62,296 nucleotides of DNA from a virus, in the UHGV virus genome UHGV-1379142, one strand, 5' to 3'. The notes under the pieces were generated by a model. It saw nothing but the letters and a program-made list of their open reading frames with translations. It made no database searches and was not told the origin of the DNA. Below are positions 37,760 to 47,800 of this stretch, piece by piece. Numbering within the stretch: position 1 is the first letter of the stretch; the number at the start of each line of letters is the position of its first letter. Both the position numbers and the translations under genes were made by a program.

Positions 37760-38800
37760 TTAGTACGCAGTCACCGCGACTTCGGCACGAACCATCCAAG
37801 CCTGATTGAGAATCACGCAGGTCTGCATGGTCTTCCAAGCAACGTGAGCACGCTGAGCCAGCGGGTCAGATTCAGTGTGAGAAGGATTGATGATCACAGG
37901 AGTCAGAGACTCAGCACCCTTCAGGGGCACCAGACCATAGGCATCCTTCGCGAGGAAGAGGATGGGATACACGTCAGCCTTGGTGCCAGTGGTCGAAACC
38001 ATCGTGTCACCAGCAGCATTCGTCTTGTTACCACCCGCATCCGGCCAGCTCTTCATCAGAGTCGTGAAGAGGTAACGCACGCCTTCAACAGCACCGATTT
38101 CGTTTTCCCACGGACCAGCATTGCCATAGTCCTTCACGTCAATGAAGTGAGGCATCGAACGGATGTCAGCTTCACAGTCGGGATGGCACACAGCAACGAA
38201 GCAGGGAGCAACGGATTCAGTGTAGAAACGAGGCGTAGACTTGATCGAATCAGTGATCATACGCGCCTTCTGGTTCTTCAGCTTGCGCGTAATGCGACGC
38301 TGCAGAGGCAGAGAGATCGGCGTATTCACTTCAGCACGAGACGCACCGTTAGCGTATTCCACGTTGGTACCACCAAGCAGAACACCGATACGCATGTTTT
38401 CAACAGTTTCAGCGGCCTGTTCACCCACAATCTGAGTCACCTGTTCCATAACAGGGGAGTCGTTAGTGTCGAGCAGAACGTCGGTCATGGTCACGAGGTT
38501 GCCATACTGATGCACAGTAGCTTCAATGTCGGTAACAGTGAAGGTCTGAGCAGTAGGCGTAACACCTTCGGTCAGTTCCGTAGGCGTAGCATCGAGGGAC
38601 TCGAAGCGACGGAACTTAGCAGTCTTCGTGCTCTTCGTCGGCAGGGGATAAGCCTGACCAAACTTTTCAAACACGAGGTAAGGCAGAGCGCGAATGAGCA
38701 TCTTAGCGACGACATAAACATTCGCCATCGTGGAAAGGGTACCCTGAGAAGCATCAGAGGTCGTACCCGTATGCATGATAGTATTCGGAGTAGAAGCCAT
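37760..38800 (-). CDS. Major capsid protein (HK97-fold candidate)
   Basis: 346-aa ORF immediately after the scaffold-like gene in TerL-portal-scaffold-MCP order; sequence pattern typical of MCPs (no motif certainty). Confidence 0.55.
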   Translation of the reverse strand: MASTPNTIMHTGTTSDASQGTLSTMANVYVVAKMLIRALPYLVFEKFGQAYPLPTKSTKTAKFRRFESLDATPTELTEGVTPTAQTFTVTDIEATVHQYGNLVTMTDVLLDTNDSPVMEQVTQIVGEQAAETVENMRIGVLLGGTNVEYANGASRAEVNTPISLPLQRRITRKLKNQKARMITDSIKSTPRFYTESVAPCFVAVCHPDCEADIRSMPHFIDVKDYGNAGPWENEIGAVEGVRYLFTTLMKSWPDAGGNKTNAAGDTMVSTTGTKADVYPILFLAKDAYGLVPLKGAESLTPVIINPSHTESDPLAQRAHVAWKTMQTCVILNQAWMVRAEVAVTAY

Positions 38801-38828
38801 TAGATTAAATTCCTAATTCAAAACGAGT

Positions 38829-39764
38829 TTAGCGCACACGTCTGCTGCGTTCATACTCACGAGCTAGGTCATCAAAAGTCTTTTCTTTTGGCTTAGCTTT
38901 CGGCTTAGAGCTAATATCAATAGGTTCCTTGCCAGTACGAACTGCCATAGCAGCGAGCACTTGTTTAACAATATCCTCAGTTTCAGACACAGTGTTATGC
39001 TGTGGAGCTGACTTAGGTGCCATAGTCGTACGAGGCTTAACACCACGAGCAGACTTGTAATCGTTCAGAAGAGATATGACTTCCTGTGCAGTTCCGTACT
39101 GATACACGTACTTGGCTCCATTCTGCATCACAGGAGGCAGACTGTCAATCCAAGTAAAGAGATCACCACTATCCAATATAGCATTAATATCAGGGTGGGC
39201 AGCACGAATAGCACTGAAATGCCTATCAGCTTCTGTTTGAAAAAGTTGCTGCTGAATAGGTTCAACGCGAGTCTTAAGTTCAGTCTCTACGTTTTTCTTT
39301 ACAGCAGAAACCTTAGCATCAACAAGCGTCTTCACTGCGTTAGCAATCTCAGGATGAATCTCAAAGAGTTCCTTTACGTTTTCAGGAAGTTCATCTGGAT
39401 CTTCCTTCTGCGTTACGGTCTGTTTCTTTTCCTCTTTGAGTTCTGAGTACTTACGAGACAGATCTGTGAGTCTGCTAGCCCACAGGTTATTCTGTGCTTC
39501 AGCATCACGCTTGGCCTTTTCATAAAGCTCTTTGTAATTCAGAGGAAGTTCAGTAGTCTCAGAAGACTGGGAGCTTTCTTCCGTAAGATCTTCTGAGGGC
39601 TGATCTTCTTCATCATCAGGCTGGCTTTCGACGTTTTCTTCTTCGGAAGAATCTTCAGGCTCACTCGTAATATCTTCAAATGAAGGCTCTGGCCTAGAGG
39701 GATCTTCATAAGACTTAGCAAGTTCGTCAAAGGCTTCCATAAAATCTTGGTTCTGTTCGGTCAT
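38829..39764 (-). CDS. Scaffolding protein (acidic N-terminus, helical)
   Basis: Highly acidic E/D/S-rich N-terminal third; position between portal and MCP. Confidence 0.5.
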   Translation of the reverse strand: MTEQNQDFMEAFDELAKSYEDPSRPEPSFEDITSEPEDSSEEENVESQPDDEEDQPSEDLTEESSQSSETTELPLNYKELYEKAKRDAEAQNNLWASRLTDLSRKYSELKEEKKQTVTQKEDPDELPENVKELFEIHPEIANAVKTLVDAKVSAVKKNVETELKTRVEPIQQQLFQTEADRHFSAIRAAHPDINAILDSGDLFTWIDSLPPVMQNGAKYVYQYGTAQEVISLLNDYKSARGVKPRTTMAPKSAPQHNTVSETEDIVKQVLAAMAVRTGKEPIDISSKPKAKPKEKTFDDLAREYERSRRVR

Positions 39765-39802
39765 AGTTTTATTCTTAGTTAGGGAGGGGTTAACCCTAAG
39801 TC

Positions 39803-40066
39803 CTAACTGGATTGGCTCATGAGCAAGCTATCCGAAAGGGGCTCACTCCCAAGTTCCAGTACATCCAAGAGCTTTTGTATTACACGTAGTTCACCGATGA
39901 GTCGGTCTACGTTATCTGTATTGTCAGGACTTAGCAACTTACTATACCTTTGGCTTCTCAGCACTTTAAGGTAAGTAACTATATTCCTTTGTAAATCGGC
40001 GTTGGCCGTGAGCCTGAAGGATTTCTCCAAGCTCACACGCCTACCGTTAAGTGGAGTATCAGTCAT
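39803..40066 (-). CDS. hypothetical small protein
   Basis: ORF track. Confidence 0.35.
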   Translation of the reverse strand: MTDTPLNGRRVSLEKSFRLTANADLQRNIVTYLKVLRSQRYSKLLSPDNTDNVDRLIGELRVIQKLLDVLELGSEPLSDSLLMSQSS

Positions 40067-40070
40067 AGGC

Positions 40071-42152
40071 TTACGCCTGTACCTGTCCCTGATTCTGATT
40101 CGTTTCCATATCTTCCCTTAGTTGGCGAAGACTCGTAATAAGAGCAGACGGACTAACACCTTCAGCACGAGCGGTCTCAACCATATCGGTCATCCACTCA
40201 CGTTCTTCCTGAGCAGCCTTTTCTTGCTGCTGCTTCTGTACTTCAATTTCCTTATCCGTATAAACAAGATTATCGTCGGACAGATCAAGAGAATCTGCAA
40301 TCGAACGGATAATATTCGGACGCTTGACTGTACCCAGATCAGTAGGATTATTCGTAATCTGAGCAAAGTTAATCAAAGACTGCGCTCTGATTTCCTTAGC
40401 AATCAAAGAAGAAGTACCACGAGCAACTACAGCATAGTCACCCTTGATGTCTGCATCACTGTTAAACTTCATGTTCCAGTGATACATAGCAGAAATGAAA
40501 GGCTTTGTGATACCGTCGTCAAAGTTCTTAACTTGATCCTTGATGGTGATATTAGCAGAACCCATCAACATAGACAAGCCAGAAGCAGTACGACCAGCAG
40601 CACCAGAAGGTTCTCCCCACATCTGACGAGGAATGGAAGTAACTTCATCCCCGTAGCTGCGGAAGAGTTCAATCATACGTTCAAACTCAGTTGTGTAACT
40701 AGGAAGCTGAAACACACGAATCGCAGGATTCGCAGCGTCTGCACCTTCACCAGTACGCATCCAAACCTTAAAGGGATATACGTCACGAGGATCTTCATCT
40801 TCGGACATAAGATCAAGGTTTACTTCAATCTGAGGTCCAGCAGAGATAGCTGCGTTATCAAGCATAGCTCTGAACGCACTATTAATAAGCTCCTGAACAT
40901 CAGACATAATGGACGGAATACCTTCACCAAAGATAGAGGTTTCGTCCTTGTCATAGTAATAGAAGAAGTAAGGCCACTTAACGCCCTCCATAGGCATGAG
41001 AGACGCTTTAATAACGTGGTCGCCAAGTACCCAAATGTTTGCAGCAAGTTCAACTTGACCCTGCATACGTTCAGGAATATCTACACCTACTTCATTCAAA
41101 TCGTCAGCATCAACAAAACCCCAGAACTCCAACACCTCGTACTTCTTTGAGTGAGCAGCATCAGCGATACCACTGTCAATTACATCACCCATAGAAGTGA
41201 GTTGGTTCTCAAAGTCTTGTTTCTGGTAGTCACCATCAGGATTCTCAGTAAGATACGTAGCGATAATGTCTCCGTTAAAGTCAGACCTTTTCGCTAAGCC
41301 TATTACGTCATGCTTGTCCATCTTTCTACGCTGAATGATAAATCTACATTCAGACGGACAAGTCGATTCCATGTCCGGGTAAATATCCCAGATACGTACG
41401 TTTTCAATGAACGGAGTAATCGAGTCATAGTCCTGAAGAATCCACTTCTCTTTGTCTCCATTCTTTTCCTTTTTGTAGTACTGACGGTTTTCAGAAATAG
41501 AAACAAGCGGGCCTTTGAGAATACCAGTACCGTACAGATTACCAGAATGCAGAACATCTCTCATAATCTCACGATACTTAAGCTCAGCAAGCTGATCTTC
41601 GATAACCTTAGACATCTTGTTGGCTTGACTCTTGGCTTCGTCTTGCATCAAGACATAAAGCTGTTCAGAAGAAATCTGTTGTCCTTGTTCTTGAGAAACA
41701 AGTTCAAGGATTGCTTTTTCTTTCTGAGTACTAAATTGTGGAATAGGTGTAGGTTCAATTCCCCAGTTCTTATCACCATTCGCAGGGAACAGCAAGTCAG
41801 AAAGCCTACTGTCTACAGTCTTTACTTTCGTACGAGTCATGCGTACAAAAGCCTTACTGCGAAGAGGATCCATACGTTCTAGAACTTCTGGAGAGTAGAT
41901 ACCTTTGTATTGGCGAAGAGCATTCAACCACTTTTCTTCAATAGTCTTACGCGCACTGTCCGATCTTTCATAAGCATCTCGGACAAACGCAGCCAAACCT
42001 TGTGGCGTTTCAGGTGCTCCTTCGGTATCTTCTGTTCCATTGTCTTCGTCTACTATCATCTTAGAAGAAACTTCTTCAAGAAAGTCTTCTACATCTTTAT
42101 CAGTAGCTGCATCAACAACAGTTCCAGAACCGAAAAAATCTTTTTCAGTCAT
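40071..42152 (-). CDS. Portal protein
   Basis: 693-aa ORF directly downstream of TerL; GGAGG RBS. Confidence 0.55.
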   Translation of the reverse strand: MTEKDFFGSGTVVDAATDKDVEDFLEEVSSKMIVDEDNGTEDTEGAPETPQGLAAFVRDAYERSDSARKTIEEKWLNALRQYKGIYSPEVLERMDPLRSKAFVRMTRTKVKTVDSRLSDLLFPANGDKNWGIEPTPIPQFSTQKEKAILELVSQEQGQQISSEQLYVLMQDEAKSQANKMSKVIEDQLAELKYREIMRDVLHSGNLYGTGILKGPLVSISENRQYYKKEKNGDKEKWILQDYDSITPFIENVRIWDIYPDMESTCPSECRFIIQRRKMDKHDVIGLAKRSDFNGDIIATYLTENPDGDYQKQDFENQLTSMGDVIDSGIADAAHSKKYEVLEFWGFVDADDLNEVGVDIPERMQGQVELAANIWVLGDHVIKASLMPMEGVKWPYFFYYYDKDETSIFGEGIPSIMSDVQELINSAFRAMLDNAAISAGPQIEVNLDLMSEDEDPRDVYPFKVWMRTGEGADAANPAIRVFQLPSYTTEFERMIELFRSYGDEVTSIPRQMWGEPSGAAGRTASGLSMLMGSANITIKDQVKNFDDGITKPFISAMYHWNMKFNSDADIKGDYAVVARGTSSLIAKEIRAQSLINFAQITNNPTDLGTVKRPNIIRSIADSLDLSDDNLVYTDKEIEVQKQQQEKAAQEEREWMTDMVETARAEGVSPSALITSLRQLREDMETNQNQGQVQA

Positions 42153-42157
42153 GATTC

Positions 42158-43573
42158 TTAGTAGCCTCCAATCTGGCTAGCAGCGCGATATTTACGTTGT
42201 GTGTTAAACAAGAACTTCTTTTCACGCTTGTGGACATACTCCATCATAGCGTACTGTAAAGCATCATGAATATGCGAGTACTCATTCTTAACAGGAGATG
42301 CCTTATAAAGAATACCGTTTACAGTCTTAGACTCAGCATACTTGTATTCTGAGACAAAACCTTTTCTTAGAGCCACACACTTAGGCCCAAGTTTAAAGCG
42401 TCCCTTTAAGCGAAGGAACTGAGCAACGGATTCAAAACGTGGAGTCCAATTGTTTGTCTTACCAAGCTTAGCAGGCAAGTTACATTCTTTAAGAATCTCC
42501 ATGCCAGACTTAGCATCATTCATAGATCTCTGCGATGTTGCAGGGTCACACACAACTTTAAAGTTATTCACAATCCAAGGGTATTCTGCTGTAATCTTAG
42601 GCCAAAGATGTTCTTCACAAAATTCTTTCAAAGAACAGTTGTCTGTGCAGATCTCATCAAAGACAAGCACAGTACCGTCAGGAGCTTGTTGTGTAAAAGC
42701 AGCTGAAGGTGTGAGACCTTGGTCCATACCAATTACAACAGGAACACCACGAAGAGGAAGCATTTCATCATCTACATGATGTTCAAGATCACTATAGTCT
42801 TTGTAGACAGGTTTACCTTTCTTAACTTCACCATAGTTGTTCATGACGTTGACGTTGATGAAATCTTCGTCAGCACCCATACACATGGTTTCATAGTAAC
42901 CTTTGTCTAGATTCTTTAAGTTCTCTGCTTCAGGGTTAAGTACAAGTTTACCGTCAACTTTAATCATAGCAGGAGGTTGACGATAAAAGCTATGACCTTC
43001 TGGCTTATCTTCTTCTGCAAGTCTGTAAAGCCAGTGGTCAGTACTTACTGCGTTGTAGTCAAGAATAATAAACGGATTAACAGGCCCGCCATCTTTCATA
43101 GCAGGGTATCGTTTAAAACGTGTCTTGACTAGTTGGAAAGTTCCTTCTGATAGTTCAGAAGCTTCGTTAAGGTGAGCAGAGGTAACTTCAAGAGAACGAA
43201 GCTTTTCAGCAGAACGATCATCGTCAACAGCTATAAACAGAACTTCAAGGTCGACCTTTGTTCCGTCAGCTAAAGGATACTTAATCCTGCCGACGATAGG
43301 GGTAGAATATGTAATAGTGATCTTGTCTTTAAACCATGACAACCATGTTTTGATTGTGGTTGACTTCAGGGCAGGATACGTAGCACGAACAACAAGGTGT
43401 CTACTGTGTCTTACCCCATGCTCATCTGGTTTCTGACGCATAGCATTAAAGAACGCTTGAAAGATACAGCCTGAGGATTTGCCAGAACCTACAGGCCCCA
43501 TCACGAACAAATATGGATTAGGATCACGATGAACCTTTGCAAACGTTGGCAGGACTTGATAATCAATATCCAT
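42158..43573 (-). CDS. Terminase large subunit
   Basis: N-terminal Walker A VMGPVGSGKSSG; C-terminal nuclease-like region; 471 aa. Confidence 0.7.
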   Translation of the reverse strand: MDIDYQVLPTFAKVHRDPNPYLFVMGPVGSGKSSGCIFQAFFNAMRQKPDEHGVRHSRHLVVRATYPALKSTTIKTWLSWFKDKITITYSTPIVGRIKYPLADGTKVDLEVLFIAVDDDRSAEKLRSLEVTSAHLNEASELSEGTFQLVKTRFKRYPAMKDGGPVNPFIILDYNAVSTDHWLYRLAEEDKPEGHSFYRQPPAMIKVDGKLVLNPEAENLKNLDKGYYETMCMGADEDFINVNVMNNYGEVKKGKPVYKDYSDLEHHVDDEMLPLRGVPVVIGMDQGLTPSAAFTQQAPDGTVLVFDEICTDNCSLKEFCEEHLWPKITAEYPWIVNNFKVVCDPATSQRSMNDAKSGMEILKECNLPAKLGKTNNWTPRFESVAQFLRLKGRFKLGPKCVALRKGFVSEYKYAESKTVNGILYKASPVKNEYSHIHDALQYAMMEYVHKREKKFLFNTQRKYRAASQIGGY

Positions 43574-43581
43574 AACAGCCC

Positions 43582-43950
43582 TTACTGATTTTCTTTCACC
43601 AAATCCTTAAGCCCAGCAGGAGCTGTGTCTTCATCCGGGAAAGAAATGTTTACGTTGATAACTTCACCAGCGTTCGGATTAAAGTCCATAGCTTTCATCT
43701 TTGGCTGGTAGTAAGAGAGGAGTTCAGTAGCGATCTTAATCTTTTCAGTACTGTTTGTTTTTGCAGACCTAGCCAGATGCACAAGTTCTTTGATAGGATC
43801 GTACCCAAACTCAAAGCGAAGACGACGAAGAAGTTCGTCTCCCTTGGTACAACCCTTCCCATCAGGAACAACAGCAGAAGGACTAGGCTTCTTCAGAAGA
43901 GGTTTTACAGAGTCTTTCTTCATCAATATCACCTGAGTCAGAGCGTTCAA
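43582..43950 (-). CDS. putative terminase small subunit
   Basis: 122-aa basic protein immediately upstream of TerL. Confidence 0.4.
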   Translation of the reverse strand: MNALTQVILMKKDSVKPLLKKPSPSAVVPDGKGCTKGDELLRRLRFEFGYDPIKELVHLARSAKTNSTEKIKIATELLSYYQPKMKAMDFNPNAGEVINVNISFPDEDTAPAGLKDLVKENQ

Positions 43951-44608
43951 GCAAGGTAGCTATCTTCTCTGCGTATGTTTTTAAAAGGAACTGAAAGTCA
44001 GAAGAAGTAATGTCTTCACGCAGTCTACAGAACTCTACAATGATAAAACCAAACACCATGCCATCATCGGTCATGAGGGGTTCTAAAGCAAAGGACGTTA
44101 CCTTATGTCCTTTCAGTAAAGTATATGTAGACATGTCGAACTTACGTAACCTATCAATGTTTAGAACAACGTTGGAGTCAAACCCAAACGAAGCGTTTGT
44201 TAGATATGAATATGCAGACACAGGCAAGTTCAAGAACTCAGGTTGTGCTGGCTTCAACCCTGGACGAACTGCTTCATGTGTACACGACATCTTAGCAAAA
44301 TCAATTCTAGAAAGATTCTGGCAACCATTGTGGAATTGAATAACAGCTGCTCTGTCTGCATTTAGTTCTGTTTTAAGATGTCTAAGCTTCGTAAGTACGC
44401 GCTCATTCATATCTACTAACGAAGGGAAGTCCTTGGCAAACTTTGAAACTTTATCTTTAGCTACACGTTTAAGATAAGATGATAAAGCTGCACACTCATA
44501 TAAAATAAGTGCAGTTCCTCCAAGCATTGCTAGGGATATGTAGTCGGCGTCTTTTACTAGGCTTGACAGGCTGTTTAAAACCTCTAGTAAAAATTGACCA
44601 TCTACCAT
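43883..44608 (-). CDS. hypothetical protein, first gene of late operon
   Basis: ORF track; downstream of P5. Confidence 0.4.
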   Translation of the reverse strand: MVDGQFLLEVLNSLSSLVKDADYISLAMLGGTALILYECAALSSYLKRVAKDKVSKFAKDFPSLVDMNERVLTKLRHLKTELNADRAAVIQFHNGCQNLSRIDFAKMSCTHEAVRPGLKPAQPEFLNLPVSAYSYLTNASFGFDSNVVLNIDRLRKFDMSTYTLLKGHKVTSFALEPLMTDDGMVFGFIIVEFCRLREDITSSDFQFLLKTYAEKIATLLERSDSGDIDEERLCKTSSEEA

Positions 44609-44662
44609 CTTGACATTCCTTGAAATAATGGTTATAATTAAATAGGAACTATAACCTTTATA

Positions 44663-44691
44663 ATATATAATACATATTGTAATTTTGTCAA
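44663..44691 (-). promoter_or_regulatory. Sigma70-like promoter P5 driving the late (- strand) operon (TTGACA-17-ATATAT)
   Basis: Reverse complement reads cctcTTGACAaaattacaatatgtatt-ATATAT. Confidence 0.5.
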
Positions 44692-44735
44692 GAGGTTATA
44701 GTAAAAAAAAAAATAAAAAAGAAGAGAAGAATATC

Positions 44736-45608
44736 ATGAGTGAGATTGTAAGAGAAAGACAACTTTGGAAGCGTACAGTTTATCTTAACGAAGATAGCCC
44801 TGAACCTTATAAGATACCTAATTGTAGATGTCAGATAAGGTTGTCTGATTATGTTCCTGAGAATTCTTCAGACAAAGGTATGTACACAAAAGGAGATCTT
44901 GCTAATGATATGAACATCTTCTTTAACTACTTACCTGAGTCAGAAGTAAACAGAATGGTCAACTGCTTCTTCTGGTGTATAGCTACTGCTTTAAAGAACA
45001 GAGGTAAGGTAGACATTAAAGACTTTGCTTTGTTCATGGTTGAAGAGAGAAAGATAAAAGATACTATTACACAAAGTGTACGTGGGCCTCTTGGTATTCC
45101 ACGTAGAGTGCGTAGAGCTCCTATTATGAGATTTATAACACTAAGAGAGTACCCACAACTTAAGTCAGTTATACTTCCAAGAACTAAGGACTACTTTGCA
45201 GGAACAGAACGTACATGGTATACATGGAAGTTAAGTGCAACTAATCAACCGTACTACTATGCTAGACACTGGAGAAGAGGTGCTTTGTTCTTACAACAAG
45301 TCTTTGACAAGACATTCGAGTATACAGGTTATACAGATGAATATCTAGAAATGGCTGAGAAAGGAGTAATAGAACCTTTTGGTACAGAACGAAAGCATAT
45401 GAATAAGATGTACTTAAGTCTTAACACACCACCTTATGTTAAGGCAGCTTTCACAGATGAACTTATCAAAGTACCAGCTAATCATGTAGCAACAGAGTAC
45501 TTTACTGATCCTTCTGTGAAGAGAAAGATATGCAGTTTGACTATCACTCCAGAAGAGGCAGAGAAGTATTTAAAACAAGGTCAACAACCAAGTGTTCAGA
45601 CTTCTTAG
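44736..45608 (+). CDS. hypothetical AT-rich ORFan (290 aa) between the late promoter and the right inverted repeat
   Basis: ATG 44736 chosen over track start 44685, which lies inside P5. Confidence 0.4.
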   Translation: MSEIVRERQLWKRTVYLNEDSPEPYKIPNCRCQIRLSDYVPENSSDKGMYTKGDLANDMNIFFNYLPESEVNRMVNCFFWCIATALKNRGKVDIKDFALFMVEERKIKDTITQSVRGPLGIPRRVRRAPIMRFITLREYPQLKSVILPRTKDYFAGTERTWYTWKLSATNQPYYYARHWRRGALFLQQVFDKTFEYTGYTDEYLEMAEKGVIEPFGTERKHMNKMYLSLNTPPYVKAAFTDELIKVPANHVATEYFTDPSVKRKICSLTITPEEAEKYLKQGQQPSVQTS

Positions 45609-45624
45609 GCTGTTCTAGGGTATA

Positions 45625-45743
45625 GTACCTTAGGTTAACTTATAGGGTATATACCTTTATAAAGTACTTACGAAGTAGGTTCTATTTAAGTACATATACT
45701 AGTATATAGTTCTTACGAAGTAGGTTACTTATAGGGTTTATAC
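45625..45743. repeat. Right copy of ~120-bp inverted repeat (partner 1..120)
   Basis: See left copy. Confidence 0.9.
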
Positions 45744-45769
45744 CTTTCTTACTGTTTTAAGTAATAAGA

Positions 45770-45812
45770 AAGAGCCCACGGTTACGTAAGGTAACTATGG
45801 GCTCTTTTAGTA
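45770..45812 (+). terminator. Intrinsic terminator (may be bidirectional)
   Basis: AGAGCCCA-cggttacgtaaggtaacta-TGGGCTCT + TTTTAG. Confidence 0.55.
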
Positions 45813-45814
45813 TC

Positions 45815-45846
45815 CTATGGTATAATCACTAATTGGAACTTGTCAA
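45815..45846 (-). promoter_or_regulatory. Promoter-like module P11 on - strand (ggtacTTGACAagtt-16-TATACC), mirror of P10 at the window end
   Basis: Reverse complement gggtacTTGACAagttccaattagtgatTATACCatagg is nearly identical in layout to 62186-62222 gggtcTTGACAacgaagtattcgtgctTATACCtatag. Confidence 0.35.
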
Positions 45847-46700
45847 GTACCCTTATATACTCTTATATATAATATATACTATAGGTATCTTAGGGGGCTG
45901 GCCGGGGGCTGTTGCTCTGGTTACTGTTGGTTAGAGTATGGTGAGAGTATAGGGGAGGTATGAACACATAGACTTCTACGAATGTTGTGTACGTATGTGT
46001 ACTATACATATACTAAAGAATGATTATGATGAAGTCATTCGGCTGGTAAAAGTTCTAGAAATTTACGAGCGAAGCTGGTGTCACATGTACCCCCAGTGCT
46101 CCGCTGTGTCCCACGGGTAGGGTAAGGTACCCTCTCCCCCTGTTGAAAAGGTATGGGTATACCTATGGTAAACAATGTTACCTATGGGTAACTAACTTAT
46201 GTTACTAATGGGTAGCATAGGAAAAGGTAATAATTACAGTACTTTACGTAAGTATGCGTAATCATTGTACTTTTTGGTATACCCCTAGTTCCCTATCGCA
46301 ATACCCTGAGCATGATACCAAAGATAACTAATAATATCCAATACTTACCAATAGTTTCCAATAATTTCAATATATTACAAAAAGGTTAATAATGACAACT
46401 ACTTATGGTTAGGCATGTACAAAAAGTACAAAGATTTAGCATGTTTACCATAGGTTCAACTTATTGTACCGCATGTTTCCAAAGGTACAAGATTTTGAAC
46501 GTAGTCCTAAATACCTATAGTTCTTATAGTTCTTTGCAAAGCAAGGTTCCATATGTACTATAGAATTAAGCCCCGGCGCGAACCTAGGTACAAATATTTG
46601 TACTAAACCGGGTATGCCAAGTTCAATGATTTCAACAACTTACAACATGGCACGGGGCTTGCTATATGAGAGGCAAACAGAGCTAAAAGAGCCAAGAAAA
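45840..46700. other. ORF-free region dense in GTAC-core palindromes and short iterons; candidate origin of replication or packaging site
   Basis: Palindromes TGTACAAAAAGTACA, GTACAAATATTTGTAC, GGTATACC x2, GGTACC. Iterons GCATGTTT(A)CCA(T/A)AGG x2. CCTATGGTAAAC and its reverse complement. Confidence 0.3.
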
Positions 46701-46727
46701 AAGAGTGAAAAAACCTCTTGACAAGCT

Positions 46728-46756
46728 CAAAAAGCTATGCTTTACTAAGCCCACGA
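46728..46756 (+). promoter_or_regulatory. Early promoter P6 with A-rich UP-like upstream region
   Basis: aaaaacctcTTGACAagctcaaaaagctatgc-TTTACT. Confidence 0.45.
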
Positions 46757-46799
46757 AAAGCAAAGAGAGGCAAAAAAAGCCAAGAGGTCAAGAAAACAC

Positions 46800-46828
46800 T
46801 TGACAAAGGTTTTAAACCTTGTTAATCT
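46800..46828 (+). promoter_or_regulatory. Early promoter P7 (TTGACA-17-TAATCT)
   Basis: aaaacacTTGACAaaggttttaaaccttgt-TAATCT. Confidence 0.45.
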
Positions 46829-47041
46829 GCTTTTCAACAAAGATTGTTCTTTTACAAACTCATAGAGGCCAGAAGTTAAGAACTTCCATAAGTACCTGTT
46901 TTTCTTGGGAATACCAGAAGTAGGCGGACGTTAAAAAGGCATAAGCCTTTTCTTACTTGCGGATACTACGGTATCTTACAGAGTAGTTGCCAGCCGGAAT
47001 AATGAGCCACAAAAGAAAGTAAACAGGATGCAAAAAAGTTC

Positions 47042-47075
47042 TTGACAAGGCCAAAAAGTTGTGAGAGAACAAGCC
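47042..47075 (+). promoter_or_regulatory. Promoter-like repeat unit P8 (paralogue of the P6 unit; -10 unclear)
   Basis: aaaaagttcTTGACAaggccaaaaag ... AAGCCCAacgaaagagag, paralogous to the P6 unit (... AAGCCCAcgaaaagcaaagagag). Confidence 0.3.
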
Positions 47076-47159
47076 CAACGAAAGAGAGAAAAACCGGAAC
47101 TCAATAGAGGCCGCCCTAGTAGTAAGAATAGCATTCTGAACAAGAGCGTGATAGCCTGA

Positions 47160-47198
47160 AAACGTATATCTGCGAAAGTACGGTTTTTTCACAAACAG
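47160..47198 (+). terminator. Intrinsic terminator downstream of P8 (bulged stem + T6)
   Basis: gAAAACGTA-tatctgcgaaag-TACGGTTTTTTcac. Confidence 0.45.
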
Positions 47199-47599
47199 GG
47201 CACTAGCTATATGTGTCCTCCGCTTGGGATACAGGCATATATACAAGTCTGTATCATGCGTCTAGCCGAAAGGTTAAGCGAAAGATAGGATTCAGCGGTT
47301 AAGCTGTATACAGCGCAAAACCTGAAAATCGCGTATGTCTTAAAGTAATTGTGCTTTAGTTGCGGTTATTTAAGCCATGATTCAACGGTAGCTGTATATG
47401 GTACTGAAAAGATTGTCTAGTCTATATACTCAAAGGGGCTTGTATGCTACCTTGTGCGAAGTAATAGCTAGATGCCGAAACAAAGTTTGCTGGCGTTCTC
47501 GTGCATAGTTGCGAGTAAAGGCGAACGGAAAGGCAGACTAACAACTAGACTATACTACAGCGATAAACCGTGAACGGTAGTACAAACTAGCAACTTGTG

Positions 47600-47800
47600 C
47601 TATGATAATTCGGCTCAAAGGCTGTAGTGAAAGTAGCCTTAGACAAGCTACAGCCGTAAGGTGTTGGTGTTAAAAGGATGCGTTTCATCCTGCATTGGAG
47701 ACAACACAACGGCTATAAATAATAAACTGTAGTGCATTAGACTGTAAACAATTTAACAGGTACAAGGGTAAAGGGTGCATAGTTGCGTTTTACCCTTGTA
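47600..47800 (+). other. Structured leader upstream of the first early ORF: nested hairpins
   Basis: GGCTGTAG/CTACAGCC, GGATG/CATCC inside GTTGGTGTT/AACACAAC, and the 11-bp perfect stem ACAAGGGTAAA/TTTACCCTTGT, read directly. Confidence 0.35.

Noticed and set aside
1-45743. Hairpin-telomere/protelomerase or invertase-driven inversion explanation for the inverted repeats
   Set aside because: No palindromic telRL site, no protelomerase, and no serine or tyrosine recombinase gene found. Only host homologous recombination could act.
46558-46650. tRNA-like 8-bp terminal stem (AAGCCCCG ... CGGGGCTT) enclosing ~77 nt
   Set aside because: No T-stem complementarity around the TTCAATG candidate T-loop, no D-arm or anticodon arm, no GGTTCGA-type motif. 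More likely part of the palindrome-rich ori/pac region.
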